Below are positions 19,031 to 28,648 of a stretch of 42,000 nt of DNA, piece by piece; the first letter of the stretch is position 1; every line of letters begins with the position of its first letter. The stretch lies in the IMG/VR virus record IMGVR_UViG_2909262264_000004; one strand, written 5' to 3'. The translations under genes were made by a program, and so were the position numbers. The notes under the pieces were generated by a model. The model saw only the letters and a program-made list of their open reading frames with translations. It was not told the origin of the DNA and did no database searches. Origin of the DNA: a virus. Its lineage: Duplodnaviria; Heunggongvirae; Uroviricota; Caudoviricetes.

Positions 19031-19831
19031 ATGATTACTCCTGCACAACAACACTGGCAGAACGTGATGGCACAGCGCGCAGGCCGGGCGAATGAAGGCG
19101 TGGACCACGCCGCGCGTACCGCGCATGAAGAGGTGCTGTATCGTCTGCGTCTGGCACAGGCCCGGCTTAAGGGCGTACAGGCCAGAAGCGCGAAAGCCGC
19201 CATCAAAAAAGAGTTGTTGCCGGATTTTTCCGGCTGGATTGAGGGAACGCTGGAGGCTGACGGCGGGCAGCAGGATGAAGTGATTGCCACGCTGATGGTG
19301 TGGGCGATTGACTGCGGCGATCTTCCGCTTGCGTTGCGTATTGGTGCGTATGTGGTCCGTCATAACCTCATTATGCCGGATAACTTTGGCCGTACTGCTG
19401 CCACGGTACTGACCGAAGAAATCTGCAACCCGGTACTGACGCAGGCCGGGACGGATGCTGACGCGGATTTGTCCGCCTTTATCGAACCACTGGACACCCT
19501 CCGGGAGATTGTCACAGACCAGGACATGCCGGACGAAGTGCGCGCCAAATTATGCAAGGCGTGCGCCTTTGCCCGTCGTGGTCTGACCGATGCAGACAAC
19601 ATGGCCTTATCACTGAAGCTGCTGCGCGAAGCGATGCACCTGAACCCGAACGCAGGTGTGAAACGCGAGATTGCAACCCTTTCCCGCGCCCTGAAAAAAG
19701 CCGATTCCGCAGCCGCACCAGAAGACGCCAGCACACCGCAGGCGCAGGACGAAAGCAGCAAAAGTAAAAAGACAACGCGGAAGCCTGCAACACGAAAAAC
19801 CACCGCGACGCAGAAGGCGAAGCGCGGTTAA
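19031..19831 (+). CDS. M: Terminase small/endonuclease subunit (P2 gpM family)
   Basis: 266 aa; DMPDEVRAKL and AGVKREI blocks; basic Lys/Arg-rich C-terminus as in P2 M. Confidence 0.85.
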   Translation: MITPAQQHWQNVMAQRAGRANEGVDHAARTAHEEVLYRLRLAQARLKGVQARSAKAAIKKELLPDFSGWIEGTLEADGGQQDEVIATLMVWAIDCGDLPLALRIGAYVVRHNLIMPDNFGRTAATVLTEEICNPVLTQAGTDADADLSAFIEPLDTLREIVTDQDMPDEVRAKLCKACAFARRGLTDADNMALSLKLLREAMHLNPNAGVKREIATLSRALKKADSAAAPEDASTPQAQDESSKSKKTTRKPATRKTTATQKAKRG

Positions 19832-19932
19832 CGACTGACCCCGTCAGCGGGCGGCGTGCGCGGTGTTCCGGTTTGACTCCGTGACCGTTTACACCGCGCA
19901 CCCACCGCCCGATTTTTTCAGGAGTGAACCCC

Positions 19933-20427
19933 ATGAGTATGGTTGCCAGAACCAACCCCGGCCCCGCAGAGGACGACATCACCGATACCGATGATGGTGA
20001 TACCCGTATTTCAGCGGGTGCATTCTGGCCGGATATTGTGCTGCGTGAGCTGCGTCTGGCGATACGACTGCCGGGCCGTGTGACCACCTCCCGCCTGCTG
20101 CATACCGCCACCGGGGCCGTGGCACACGTTACCCGCGAGCTGGAAGCATGGCAGCAGGAACAGCAGGCGGCTGGCCATCAGACGCTGGCCGATGTTCCTG
20201 CACCCGTAATTAACGGAGAAAGCGTCAATCTCTGGCACTGGCGCAATGCTGTTTATACCGCCACACGCGCCCTGATTCTGGAGCGTTATCGTGATGCAGA
20301 CACAACGGACAAGGGCGACCGCCGGGCGGACGCTCTGGATATACAGACATCGGATTTGTGGCGTGATGTGAGCTGGGCCATCTCTGACATTCTGTGCCGC
20401 CCGCGAATCTTTGCGGAGCTGTGCTGA
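19933..20427 (+). CDS. L: Head completion protein (P2 gpL family)
   Basis: ATG at 19933 after aggag; FWPDI, LADVPA and LWRDVSWAI blocks resemble P2 L. Confidence 0.8.
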   Translation: MSMVARTNPGPAEDDITDTDDGDTRISAGAFWPDIVLRELRLAIRLPGRVTTSRLLHTATGAVAHVTRELEAWQQEQQAAGHQTLADVPAPVINGESVNLWHWRNAVYTATRALILERYRDADTTDKGDRRADALDIQTSDLWRDVSWAISDILCRPRIFAELC

Positions 20428-20627
20428 TGAAAGTGAAGGCACTGGAAGGCGACACCGTGGATTCGCTCTGTTTCCGGTACTACGGCACGACGCAGGGTGT
20501 CACCGAAAAGGTGCTGGATGCCAACCCCGGACTCTGTCAGCAGGTATTTCTGGACGCCGGGCAGGAAGTGGAGATGCCGGAGCCGGAGAAGAAGAAACGA
20601 GAAATGATTCAGTTGTGGGGGGAGTAG
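20427..20627 (+). CDS. X: Tail protein X (P2 gpX family)
   Basis: 66 aa; MKVKALEGDTVDSLCFRYYG...ANPGL resembles P2 X. Confidence 0.7.
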   Translation: MKVKALEGDTVDSLCFRYYGTTQGVTEKVLDANPGLCQQVFLDAGQEVEMPEPEKKKREMIQLWGE

Positions 20628-20629
20628 CA

Positions 20630-20953
20630 GTGAGCACCATTCAAACAGGGATCACAGAGCAGGTTATTGCGTGGCTCTTTGATCACCTGCCAACGGTGTA
20701 TGCAGTAGGCGCGGCGGTCAGCATTTCCGCGCTGATGAGTCTTTATGACGGACGAACACTGGTTCAGACCGTAACGGGATCGCTGGCGTGCGGCATTCTT
20801 GCCATGGCCGTGGCCGGGTCGTTGCGCTTCTTCGGGTTTCCTGAAGATGCCGTGACGTTTATCGGCGCATCAATCGGTTTTATGGGGGCAGAGAAAGCAC
20901 GCGACAAGGTTATTGCGGCCTTTAATCGCAGGGTGAAGGAGAAGGACGAATGA
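20630..20953 (+). CDS. Holin-like membrane protein
   Basis: GTG start; three hydrophobic segments and charged C-terminus, directly upstream of the endolysin. Confidence 0.55.
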   Translation: MSTIQTGITEQVIAWLFDHLPTVYAVGAAVSISALMSLYDGRTLVQTVTGSLACGILAMAVAGSLRFFGFPEDAVTFIGASIGFMGAEKARDKVIAAFNRRVKEKDE

Positions 20954-21342
20954 GCAACACATTTAAATTCAGCAGCCGGAGCGAAAAGAATTTGCAGGGC
21001 GTAAATCCTGATCTGGTGAAAGTGACCCGACGGGCACTGGAAATCTCGGAAGTGGATTTTGGTATCACCGAAGGGGTGCGCAGCCGTTACCGCCAGAAGC
21101 AACTGGTGGCCACGGGTAAGAGCCAGACCATGAACAGCCGCCACCTTACGGGGCATGCCGTGGATGTTGTGGCTTATATCGGCAGCCAGGTGTCATGGGA
21201 ATGGCCGCTGTACGAAAAAATCGCAGCAGCATTCAGACAGGCCAGCCGGGAACTGAATATTCCGGTGGAATGGGGCGGCGACTGGAAGACCCTGAAAGAC
21301 GGACCGCATTTTCAGTTACCACACGGAGCCTATCCGGCATGA
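20950..21342 (+). CDS. Endolysin, peptidase M15-type
   Basis: 130 aa; SRHLTGHAVDV His/Asp metal-site motif; sits between holin and spanins. Confidence 0.7.
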   Translation: MSNTFKFSSRSEKNLQGVNPDLVKVTRRALEISEVDFGITEGVRSRYRQKQLVATGKSQTMNSRHLTGHAVDVVAYIGSQVSWEWPLYEKIAAAFRQASRELNIPVEWGGDWKTLKDGPHFQLPHGAYPA

Positions 21343-21746
21343 AGCTCTGGCCCACGCTTGGCGTCGCTTTCCTTCTGATTGCCGGATGGGGAACATCCAT
21401 GCGTCTGTCGTGGTCGCTGGGCCGGGAGAACGCCAGAAACGAAGCGCAGGCCAGCACCCTGAAAAGTACCGCCGACACCCTGAATATCATCAGCGCCGGG
21501 GTACAGGATATGCAGCAGGTGCTGGCGCAACTCCGCGTGGAAAATCAGCAACGCAATCAGGACGGAGAGGTAAGACGTGAACAGCTACGCAACGATATTG
21601 CAAAAGATGAATGCGCCCACGCTTTGCCTGACGCTCGTTTTACTGACAGGTTGCGCAGGCACGCAGAACGCGCCACGGCCAGCGCCGTCAGTCCGGCTTA
21701 TACCACAGACGCTGACCATACCGGTAATGCCTCCCCCCTTCCCTGA
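21339..21746 (+). CDS. lysB: i-spanin (LysB/Rz-like)
   Basis: N-terminal TM helix then periplasmic coiled-coil-like region; follows the endolysin. Confidence 0.55.
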   Translation: MKLWPTLGVAFLLIAGWGTSMRLSWSLGRENARNEAQASTLKSTADTLNIISAGVQDMQQVLAQLRVENQQRNQDGEVRREQLRNDIAKDECAHALPDARFTDRLRRHAERATASAVSPAYTTDADHTGNASPLP

Positions 21747-21897
21747 TACTCCCACATGGGGAAATCTCGGTATATGGGGCGACCGCCTTCTGGATGCACT
21801 TGAAACCTGTAACGCGGATAAACGGGCCATTGAATTACTGGAACAGCGCAGGCTGCAACGACTGAACAACAAGGATAACAACCATGCTGAAAACTGA
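21607..21897 (+). CDS. lysC: o-spanin lipoprotein (LysC/Rz1-like)
   Basis: Signal peptide with lipobox LLTGC, Pro-rich, overlapping the lysB 3' end in another frame. Confidence 0.55.
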   Translation: MNAPTLCLTLVLLTGCAGTQNAPRPAPSVRLIPQTLTIPVMPPPFPDTPTWGNLGIWGDRLLDALETCNADKRAIELLEQRRLQRLNNKDNNHAEN

Positions 21898-22351
21898 TTC
21901 CCTGCGTGAAGCCATGACCCGTTCATGCCGATGGTGTCAGGCTAACCCGGAAAAATTCACCATTTTCGTGGAGAGCGGCAACATTGAAACGACCGGAGAA
22001 ACGCCCTCGTTTGTTTACCGCTATCAGATGGTGATGTTTGTCATGGATTACGCCGGAGAGCTGGACGACCTCACGCTGCCGCTGCTGGCGTGGTTATCCG
22101 AAAATCAGCCACAGTTGTTGCTCAATCCGGAGCGTAATCAGGACATCAAATTTTCCGCCGTTATCAATGACGATGACAGCGCCGATCTCCTGTTTACGCT
22201 CCCCCTGCGGGAACGCGTTCGCATTACGCGCAACAGTCAGGGGACACCGCAGGCAGAACACCTGCCGGAGCCAAAACCCCGCCTGCCCTCTTCCGCAGGC
22301 GACTGGTCGCATGTATTCCAGGATGTGACGTGGGGTGAAAGCGATGGATAA
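21884..22351 (+). CDS. R: Tail completion protein (P2 gpR family)
   Basis: 155 aa, same length as P2 R; position in the late operon. Confidence 0.8.
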   Translation: MLKTDSLREAMTRSCRWCQANPEKFTIFVESGNIETTGETPSFVYRYQMVMFVMDYAGELDDLTLPLLAWLSENQPQLLLNPERNQDIKFSAVINDDDSADLLFTLPLRERVRITRNSQGTPQAEHLPEPKPRLPSSAGDWSHVFQDVTWGESDG

Positions 22352-22979
22352 GGCATTCACCCGCGTGGATGAAACCTTTGAGGCCATCCGCGACAGCCTG
22401 AATCAGCAGGCCATCAATAACATCGCCAGAAAGCTGGCACAGGATTTACGCCGCGCCCAGCAGGCACGTATCCGGTCACAGAAAGCGCCGGACGGGACCG
22501 CATGGACACCACGCAGACGCCGCGTAACCCGGATACAGGAGCGCATTCGCTTTATCTGGAATAACGAAGCACGCACGCTGAAAAACTGGCATCACGACAC
22601 AGGGAAATACGGGCGAACCATCACCGGGTGGGATGAGGATAAAAACAGCATCCGCACGTTTTACCGGGATGACATCGACCGCTTTCTGGAAATACGCACC
22701 CGGTGCATCAACCAGGACAGCACAAAGCGCGTCCCCATGTTCGTAAAACTGCGCACCGCCCGCTACCTGAAAGCCCGTGCAGATGCTTCCGGTGTGACGG
22801 TGGGTTACAGCGGCGTGGCCGCACGTATTGCACGCGTTCATCAGTTCGGTGAGCGCGATCAGGTTGCGCCGGGCATTTTCACCGATTACCCGGTACGTGA
22901 GCTGCTGGGTATCAGCCAGGCAGATGAGCGCCTGATTTATAACACGGTGCTGGGCCGGATTGCGGAGGCTGTACGGTGA
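22344..22979 (+). CDS. S: Tail completion/virion morphogenesis protein (P2 gpS-like)
   Basis: ATG at 22344 overlapping the R stop; position between R and V. Confidence 0.7.
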   Translation: MDKAFTRVDETFEAIRDSLNQQAINNIARKLAQDLRRAQQARIRSQKAPDGTAWTPRRRRVTRIQERIRFIWNNEARTLKNWHHDTGKYGRTITGWDEDKNSIRTFYRDDIDRFLEIRTRCINQDSTKRVPMFVKLRTARYLKARADASGVTVGYSGVAARIARVHQFGERDQVAPGIFTDYPVRELLGISQADERLIYNTVLGRIAEAVR

Positions 22980-23557
22980 GCGCAGAACTCATGCGGCTAC
23001 TGAGCAATATCATCCGCACCGGGATCATCTCTGAAGTTGATGAGAAGTCCTGGCGCGTGCGCGTTCGCAGCGGCGAACTGGAAACAGGTTGGCTGCGCTG
23101 GAACACCACGCGCGCGGGAGCCTTCAATGTGTGGCTGCCGCCATCACCAGGCGAACAGGTGGTAATTGCCTGCATTGGCGGCAACCCGGAAACCGCCATG
23201 ATAATTGGCAGCCTGTGGAGTGATGCCATTCCGGCCCCCGGCAAAAGCCTGAAAGAAATCGTGGTCAGCGCGCCGGATGGCGCGGTGTTCCGCTACGACG
23301 CGGACGCAGGCGCACTGAGCGCCAGCGGCATGAAAACAGCCACCCTGCAGGCATCCGTCAGCGTGACACTGGATACGCCCGTCGTGGAATGCACAGACCT
23401 TCTGAGAACGGCGACGCTTGACGTCACAAAAGGGGGAAAGATGAGCGGCAATATCACGCACAGCGGCGGCAATTTCACCTCAAACGGCATCACAGTGCAT
23501 ACGCATAAACACGGTGGCGTTAAAGGTGGCAGCGATTCGACAGGAGGCCCGCAGTGA
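22976..23557 (+). CDS. V: Baseplate spike protein (P2 gpV family)
   Basis: 193 aa; position and Gly-rich C-terminus. Confidence 0.85.
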   Translation: MSAELMRLLSNIIRTGIISEVDEKSWRVRVRSGELETGWLRWNTTRAGAFNVWLPPSPGEQVVIACIGGNPETAMIIGSLWSDAIPAPGKSLKEIVVSAPDGAVFRYDADAGALSASGMKTATLQASVSVTLDTPVVECTDLLRTATLDVTKGGKMSGNITHSGGNFTSNGITVHTHKHGGVKGGSDSTGGPQ

Positions 23558-23904
23558 CAACCCGCTACACAGGAATGAACCCGGACGGAACGGGAAACCT
23601 GAACGATATGGAGCACCTGAAACAGTCAGTCAGGGACATCCTGACCACCCCGCTGGCAAGCCGGGTTATGCGACGGGAATATGGCAGCCTTGTGCCTGAT
23701 TTGATTGACGAACCCATGAATAACACCACGCGTCTGCAATGCATGAGTGCTGCCGTGATTGCGCTGACACGATGGGAACCCCGCATTGCCCTGGACGCTA
23801 TCGACGTTGTCTGGAAGGCAGGAGGCCGCGCCGGGGTGACGCTGTCGGGCACTGTCATGCAGACCATGCAGAATGTTGAATTAACCATCACGCTGAGGGA
23901 GTAA
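23554..23904 (+). CDS. W: Baseplate protein (P2 gpW / gp25-like)
   Basis: 116 aa; MTTRYTGMN...SRVMRREYGSL resembles P2 W. Confidence 0.85.
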   Translation: MTTRYTGMNPDGTGNLNDMEHLKQSVRDILTTPLASRVMRREYGSLVPDLIDEPMNNTTRLQCMSAAVIALTRWEPRIALDAIDVVWKAGGRAGVTLSGTVMQTMQNVELTITLRE

Positions 23905-23907
23905 ATC

Positions 23908-24804
23908 ATGCCTGCCGTTGACCTTTCACAGTTACCGGAACCCGCCATCATCGCGGAGCCTGACTTTGAGGCAATTCTGGCTGACACAAAGGCCATGATG
24001 ATTGCGTCCTATCCCGCCGAACAGCGTGAAGCCGTTTCCGCCGCGCTGGAGCTGGAATCGGAACCCCTTAACGTTATCGCTCAAACCATGTCGTTTCGTG
24101 AAATGCTGTTACGCCAGCGGGTCAATGAGGGTGCACGCGCCTGCATGCTAAGCCACAGCGCCGGGACAGACCTGGACAACCTCGCGGGCAATATGAACAC
24201 AAAGCGCCTGGTTATCACTCCGGCAACGGATACCACCGACGCAGTGATGGAAAGTGACACCTCGCTGAGACTACGGGCGCAACGGGCATATGACGGTCTG
24301 AGTGTTGCTGGCCCGTCAGGTGCATACGAGTATTTTGCACGCAGCGCCAGCGGTCTGGTACGCGATGCGCGGGCCATCAGCCCGTCTCCGGCCAACGTGA
24401 CGGTTTCCATCCTGTCCACTGAGGGCGACGGCACAGCAACGGAGGCGTTGCTTAATACCGTTCGCGCCGTTCTGAATGCAGAGGATACCCGCCCGGTGGC
24501 CGACCGCCTGACCGTACAGAGTGCCAGAATCGTGACATGGCGGCTGAATGCAAAACTGTACTTTTACCCCGGCCCGGAATCCGAACCTATTCTGGCCGCG
24601 GCGGAATCGTCGTTCAGGAAGTGGCTGTCTGAGCAGGGGCTTATCGGTCAGGACGTGGCGTTGTCCGCCATTGCTGCCGCACTGCATGTGCACGGTGTGC
24701 AACGCGTGGAGATAATCGAACCCACACAGAATATGGCCATCAGCGACATACAGGCGGCGCGCTGTGAGTCATTCACCATCAGCGAAGGTGGGCGCAATGA
24801 GTAA
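23908..24804 (+). CDS. J: Baseplate protein (P2 gpJ family)
   Basis: 298 aa, close to P2 J length; position. Confidence 0.9.
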   Translation: MPAVDLSQLPEPAIIAEPDFEAILADTKAMMIASYPAEQREAVSAALELESEPLNVIAQTMSFREMLLRQRVNEGARACMLSHSAGTDLDNLAGNMNTKRLVITPATDTTDAVMESDTSLRLRAQRAYDGLSVAGPSGAYEYFARSASGLVRDARAISPSPANVTVSILSTEGDGTATEALLNTVRAVLNAEDTRPVADRLTVQSARIVTWRLNAKLYFYPGPESEPILAAAESSFRKWLSEQGLIGQDVALSAIAAALHVHGVQRVEIIEPTQNMAISDIQAARCESFTISEGGRNE

Positions 24805-25327
24805 TTCGTTGTTACCACCATCAGCCAGCAATTTCATGCGTTGTGCCGAAGCCGTCGGAACACGCATTACAGACATTCCGGTAGACCTCAACACGCTGTG
24901 GTCGCCGGATACCTGCCCGGTGCATCTGCTGCCCTATCTCGCCTGGGCATTTTCCGTTGACCGCTGGGATCGCAACTGGCCGGAAGAGACAAAGCGACAG
25001 GTTATTCGTGATGCATGGCTGATACACCGACACAAAGGGACCATCAGCGCACTGCGCAGGGCCATTGAGCCGCTGGGATACCTCATTCGCGTGTCTGAGT
25101 GGTGGGAGTTCGGCGGAGAACCGGGAACATTTACCGTTGAAGTCGGCACACTGGACAGTGGCGTGACGGAGGAAATGTATCTGGAAATGGAGCGGTTGAT
25201 TGCTGATGCCCGTCCGGTCAGCCGCCACATGACAGGGCTGAATATCATTCAGGAAATTCCGGGGGATATTTTCGCAGCGGCGGCAACTTATGACGGTGAA
25301 GTTATTACCATTTATCCGGACGATTAA
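24797..25327 (+). CDS. I: Baseplate/tail protein (P2 gpI family)
   Basis: ATG at 24797 overlapping the J stop gives 176 aa, the P2 I length. Confidence 0.85.
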   Translation: MSNSLLPPSASNFMRCAEAVGTRITDIPVDLNTLWSPDTCPVHLLPYLAWAFSVDRWDRNWPEETKRQVIRDAWLIHRHKGTISALRRAIEPLGYLIRVSEWWEFGGEPGTFTVEVGTLDSGVTEEMYLEMERLIADARPVSRHMTGLNIIQEIPGDIFAAAATYDGEVITIYPDD

Positions 25328-25329
25328 GC

Positions 25330-26604
25330 ATGAGTACCACAACACGAAAATTTAAAACCGTTATCACCGATACAGGTGCAAAAAAATTAGCTCAGGCAGC
25401 CGCGCCAGATGGTAAGCCTGTCCGCCTGACTCATATGGCCGTGGGCGACGGTGGCGGCACGTTGCCCACACCAGACAGTAAGCAGACCCGTCTGGTGCAT
25501 GAGGTGTGGCGACATACTGTTAATCGCGTCATCCTGGACGCAACACATCAGAACCGCATTATTGCGGAGCTGGTTATACCTCCTGAAACGGGCGGATTCT
25601 GGATCCGGGAAATTGGTGTATTTGATGAGCACGGCGATTTAATCGCGGTGGGCAATACTGCCGAAAGTTACAAGCCAACCGTTGCCGAGGGGTCCGGACG
25701 TGCACAAACATTTCGCACCATTCTGACCGTATCCAGCACTGCCAGCGTGGCGCTTACCGTGGATAACACCATGGTGATGGCCACAGTGGATTACGTGGAT
25801 GACAAACTGAAAGAGCATGAACAGTCACGACGTCACCCGGATGCCTCGCTGACCGCAAAAGGCTTTGTTCAACTCAGTAGCGCCACTAACAGCGATTCTG
25901 AAACGCTGGCCGCAACGCCGAAAGCGGTTAAGGCCGCGTATGACCTGGCTAACGGAAAATATACCGCTCAGGACGCCACGACGGCACGAAAAGGGATAGT
26001 CCAGCTCAGCAGTGCAACCAACAGCACGTCTGAAACGCTGGCAGCGACACCAAAAGCGGTTAAGGCGGTAATGGATGAAACGAACAAGAAAGCCCCATTA
26101 AACAGCCCGGCACTGACCGGAACGCCAACAACACCAACTGCACGACAGGGAACGAATAATACCCAAATCGCAAGCACGGCTTTCGTTATGGCCGCGATTG
26201 CCGCACTTGTAGATTCGTCACCTGACGCACTGAACACGCTGAACGAGCTGGCGGCGGCGCTGGGCAACGACCCGAATTTTGCGACCACCATGACTAACGC
26301 GCTTGCGGGTAAGCAACCGAAAGATGCCACCCTGACAGCGCTGGCCGGGCTTGCTACTGCGGCAGACAGGTTTCCGTATTTTACGGGGAATGATGTTGCC
26401 AGTCTGGCAACCCTGACAGAAGTCGGGCGGGATATTCTTGCGAAATCGACCGTTGCCGCTGTTATCGAATACCTCGGTTTACAGGAAACGGTAAATCAGG
26501 CTTCTGGCGCATTACAGAAAAACCAGAACGGCGCAGATATTCCGGTGGACTTACTTTTGAAAACGACTCAATCCTTGCCTGTCGCGCATATAGCGCATGG
26601 CTGA
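25330..26604 (+). CDS. H: Tail fibre protein, proximal/constant part (P2 gpH family), ends prematurely
   Basis: 424 aa with repeated QLSSATNS.SETLAATPKAVKA units as in P2 H. Stop at 26602-26604 lies inside the shared block, and the distal fibre sequence continues in another frame. Confidence 0.8.
   Translation: MSTTTRKFKTVITDTGAKKLAQAAAPDGKPVRLTHMAVGDGGGTLPTPDSKQTRLVHEVWRHTVNRVILDATHQNRIIAELVIPPETGGFWIREIGVFDEHGDLIAVGNTAESYKPTVAEGSGRAQTFRTILTVSSTASVALTVDNTMVMATVDYVDDKLKEHEQSRRHPDASLTAKGFVQLSSATNSDSETLAATPKAVKAAYDLANGKYTAQDATTARKGIVQLSSATNSTSETLAATPKAVKAVMDETNKKAPLNSPALTGTPTTPTARQGTNNTQIASTAFVMAAIAALVDSSPDALNTLNELAAALGNDPNFATTMTNALAGKQPKDATLTALAGLATAADRFPYFTGNDVASLATLTEVGRDILAKSTVAAVIEYLGLQETVNQASGALQKNQNGADIPVDLLLKTTQSLPVAHIAHG
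26462..26487. promoter_or_regulatory. gix/pix-like 26-bp invertase crossover site (left)
   Basis: ttatcgaatacctcggtttacaggaa is the reverse complement, with 2 mismatches, of the site at 29571-29596. Resembles Gin/Pin/Cin sites as recalled. Confidence 0.6.
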
Positions 26605-26879
26605 ATATTGGTGGCGATAGTCAGGTCTGGACAACTGCGCAATTTATTTCGTGGCTGGAGAGTCAGGGGGCATTTAACCATCCTTACTGGATGTGCAAAG
26701 GCTCATGGGCTTATGCAAATAATAAGGTCATTACAGATACAGGTTGCGGAAATATTTGTCTTGCAGGTGCTGTGGTGGAAGTTATTGGCACTCGCGGCGC
26801 AATGACCATACGCGTTACTACGCCGAGTACGTCCAGCGGCGGCGGAATTACTAACGCTCAATTCACTTATATTAATCAT
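26577..26879. repeat. 303-bp inverted repeat, left copy (shared tail-fibre block)
   Basis: Matches the reverse complement of 29181-29483 over all stretches compared; encodes ACRAYSAWLNIGG...FTYINH in frame 0. Confidence 0.85.
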
Positions 26880-27437
26880 GGTGATGCTTACGCTCCTGGC
26901 TGGCGACGAGACTACAATACGAAAAACCAGCAGCCTGCATTTGCTTTAGGGCAAACAGGAAGCACTGTCGGAAATGATAAAGCTGTTGGCTGGAACTGGA
27001 ATAGCGGGGTCTATAACGCAAATATTGGTGGCGCATCGACATTAATCCTCCACTTCAATATGAATACGGGGAGCAGCCCTGCTGTACAGTTCCGCGTGAA
27101 TTACAGAAATGGCGGTATCTTTTATCGTTCAGCGCGTGATGGTTATGGCTTTGAAGCTGACTGGTCAGAGTTTTACACCACAACCCGCAAACCCTCTGCG
27201 GGAGATGTTGGTGCATATACGCAGGCAGAATGTAACTCAAGGTTTATTACAGGTATTCGCTTGGGCGGTCTGTCATCTGTTCAGACATGGAATGGTCCCG
27301 GCTGGTCTGACAGGTCAGGTTATGTCGTTACGGGTTCAGTTAACGGAAACCGTGATGAATTAATTGATACAACTCAGGTCATGTATTGTCTGGTATTAAT
27401 GTTCAGGATACAGGGTCCAACTCTGCCGATAATATAG
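26691..27437 (+). CDS. Tail fibre distal (variable) region, currently expressed orientation
   Basis: Frame-0 reading frame is open from 26394 to 27437 (first ATG 26691). Encodes SGGLTFENDSILA... typical of H distal regions, in a different frame from H. Confidence 0.6.
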   Translation: MCKGSWAYANNKVITDTGCGNICLAGAVVEVIGTRGAMTIRVTTPSTSSGGGITNAQFTYINHGDAYAPGWRRDYNTKNQQPAFALGQTGSTVGNDKAVGWNWNSGVYNANIGGASTLILHFNMNTGSSPAVQFRVNYRNGGIFYRSARDGYGFEADWSEFYTTTRKPSAGDVGAYTQAECNSRFITGIRLGGLSSVQTWNGPGWSDRSGYVVTGSVNGNRDELIDTTQVMYCLVLMFRIQGPTLPII

Positions 27438-27506
27438 CGGGCGTTTATTACAGACCCGTTCAAAAGTATATAAATGGCACCTGGTATAATGTAGCGAGCG
27501 TTTAAT

Positions 27507-27890
27507 ATGATGCACTTAAAGAACATAAAAGCGGGTAACGCTAAAACACTGGAACAGTATGAGTTAACAAAGAAACACGGAGTTATCTGGCTTTACTCTG
27601 AGGACGAAAAAAACTGGTATGAGGAACAAAAGAATTTCCAGCCAGACACAATAAAGATTGTTTACGATGCAAATAATATTATTGTCGCCATCACTAAAGA
27701 TGCCTCCACGCTTAACCCTGAAGGTTTTAGTGTCGTTGAGGTTCCCGATATTACAGCCAACCGCCGCGCTGATGATTCAGGAAAGTGGATGTTTAAGGAT
27801 GGAGCTGTAGTTAAACGGATTTATACGGCAAACGAGCAACAACAACAGGCCGAATCGCAAAAGGCTGGGCATCATTTCCGACGAGAATAA
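27507..27890 (+). CDS. Tail fibre assembly chaperone (Tfa, P2 gpG-like); C-terminus out of frame
   Basis: 127 aa; N-terminal ~120 aa identical to the minus-strand copy. The +1 frame continues to about 27982 with a Tfa-like end (..VTFPEQPE). Confidence 0.7.
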   Translation: MMHLKNIKAGNAKTLEQYELTKKHGVIWLYSEDEKNWYEEQKNFQPDTIKIVYDANNIIVAITKDASTLNPEGFSVVEVPDITANRRADDSGKWMFKDGAVVKRIYTANEQQQQAESQKAGHHFRRE

Positions 27891-28012
27891 ACAAAAATTA
27901 ACCGAGTGGATGCTCTATGCGCAGAAAGTCGAATCTACAGACACCTCCAGCCTGCCAGTAACATTTCCCGAACAACCTGAATGAGACAAGGCCCGATAGC
28001 GGGCCTTAATTT

Positions 28013-28615
28013 TTATTCAGGCTTTTGTGGCCATTCAGGATTTGCCGTATCCACACGGCTGACCAGAACACTGTAGCGTTCCCATGCTTCCAGTCGTGTA
28101 CGTTCCTCATCTGTTGCCATATTCAGCCTGACAGCGCGTTCCAGTGGCTGAATAACGCTTTCTGCTTCGGAAAGTAACGCAGCCTTTTGCGATTCGGCCT
28201 GTTGTTGTTGCTCGTTTGCCGTATAAATCCGTTTAACTACAGCTCCATCCTTAAACATCCACTTTCCTGAATCATCAGCGCGGCGGTTGGCTGTAATATC
28301 GGGAACCTCAACGACACTAAAACCTTCAGGGTTAAGCGTGGAGGCATCTTTAGTGATGGCGACAATAATATTATTTGCATCGTAAACAATCTTTATTGTG
28401 TCTGGCTGAAAGTTTTTCACTTCCTCATACCAGTTTTTTTCGTCCTCAGAGTAAAGCCAGATAACTCCGTGTTTCTTTGTTAACTCATACTGTTCCAGTG
28501 TTTTAGCGTTACCCGCTTTTATGTTCTTTAAGTGCATCATATTAAATTGTTTCGTTAGCTGGTATTGCTCTTTTGTTTTAGGGTTGCCAGCAGTAATGTT
28601 TTTTAAGTGCATCAT
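28013..28615 (-). CDS. Alternative tail fibre assembly chaperone (Tfa')
   Basis: 200-aa ORF; likely start at the second [10 protein letters not shown] (28540). First 25 codons are a diverged in-frame duplicate of the N-terminus. Ends ..EWPQKPE. Confidence 0.7.
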   Translation of the reverse strand: MMHLKNITAGNPKTKEQYQLTKQFNMMHLKNIKAGNAKTLEQYELTKKHGVIWLYSEDEKNWYEEVKNFQPDTIKIVYDANNIIVAITKDASTLNPEGFSVVEVPDITANRRADDSGKWMFKDGAVVKRIYTANEQQQQAESQKAALLSEAESVIQPLERAVRLNMATDEERTRLEAWERYSVLVSRVDTANPEWPQKPE

Positions 28616-28648
28616 CGTTAAATACTCCCCGCGTTATACCACGTCCCA

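Noticed and set aside
26608-26805. Identical 65-aa ORFs at 26608-26805 (+) and 29255-29452 (-)
   Set aside because: Both are an alternative frame of the 303-bp inverted repeat; identity reflects the repeat, not a duplicated gene.
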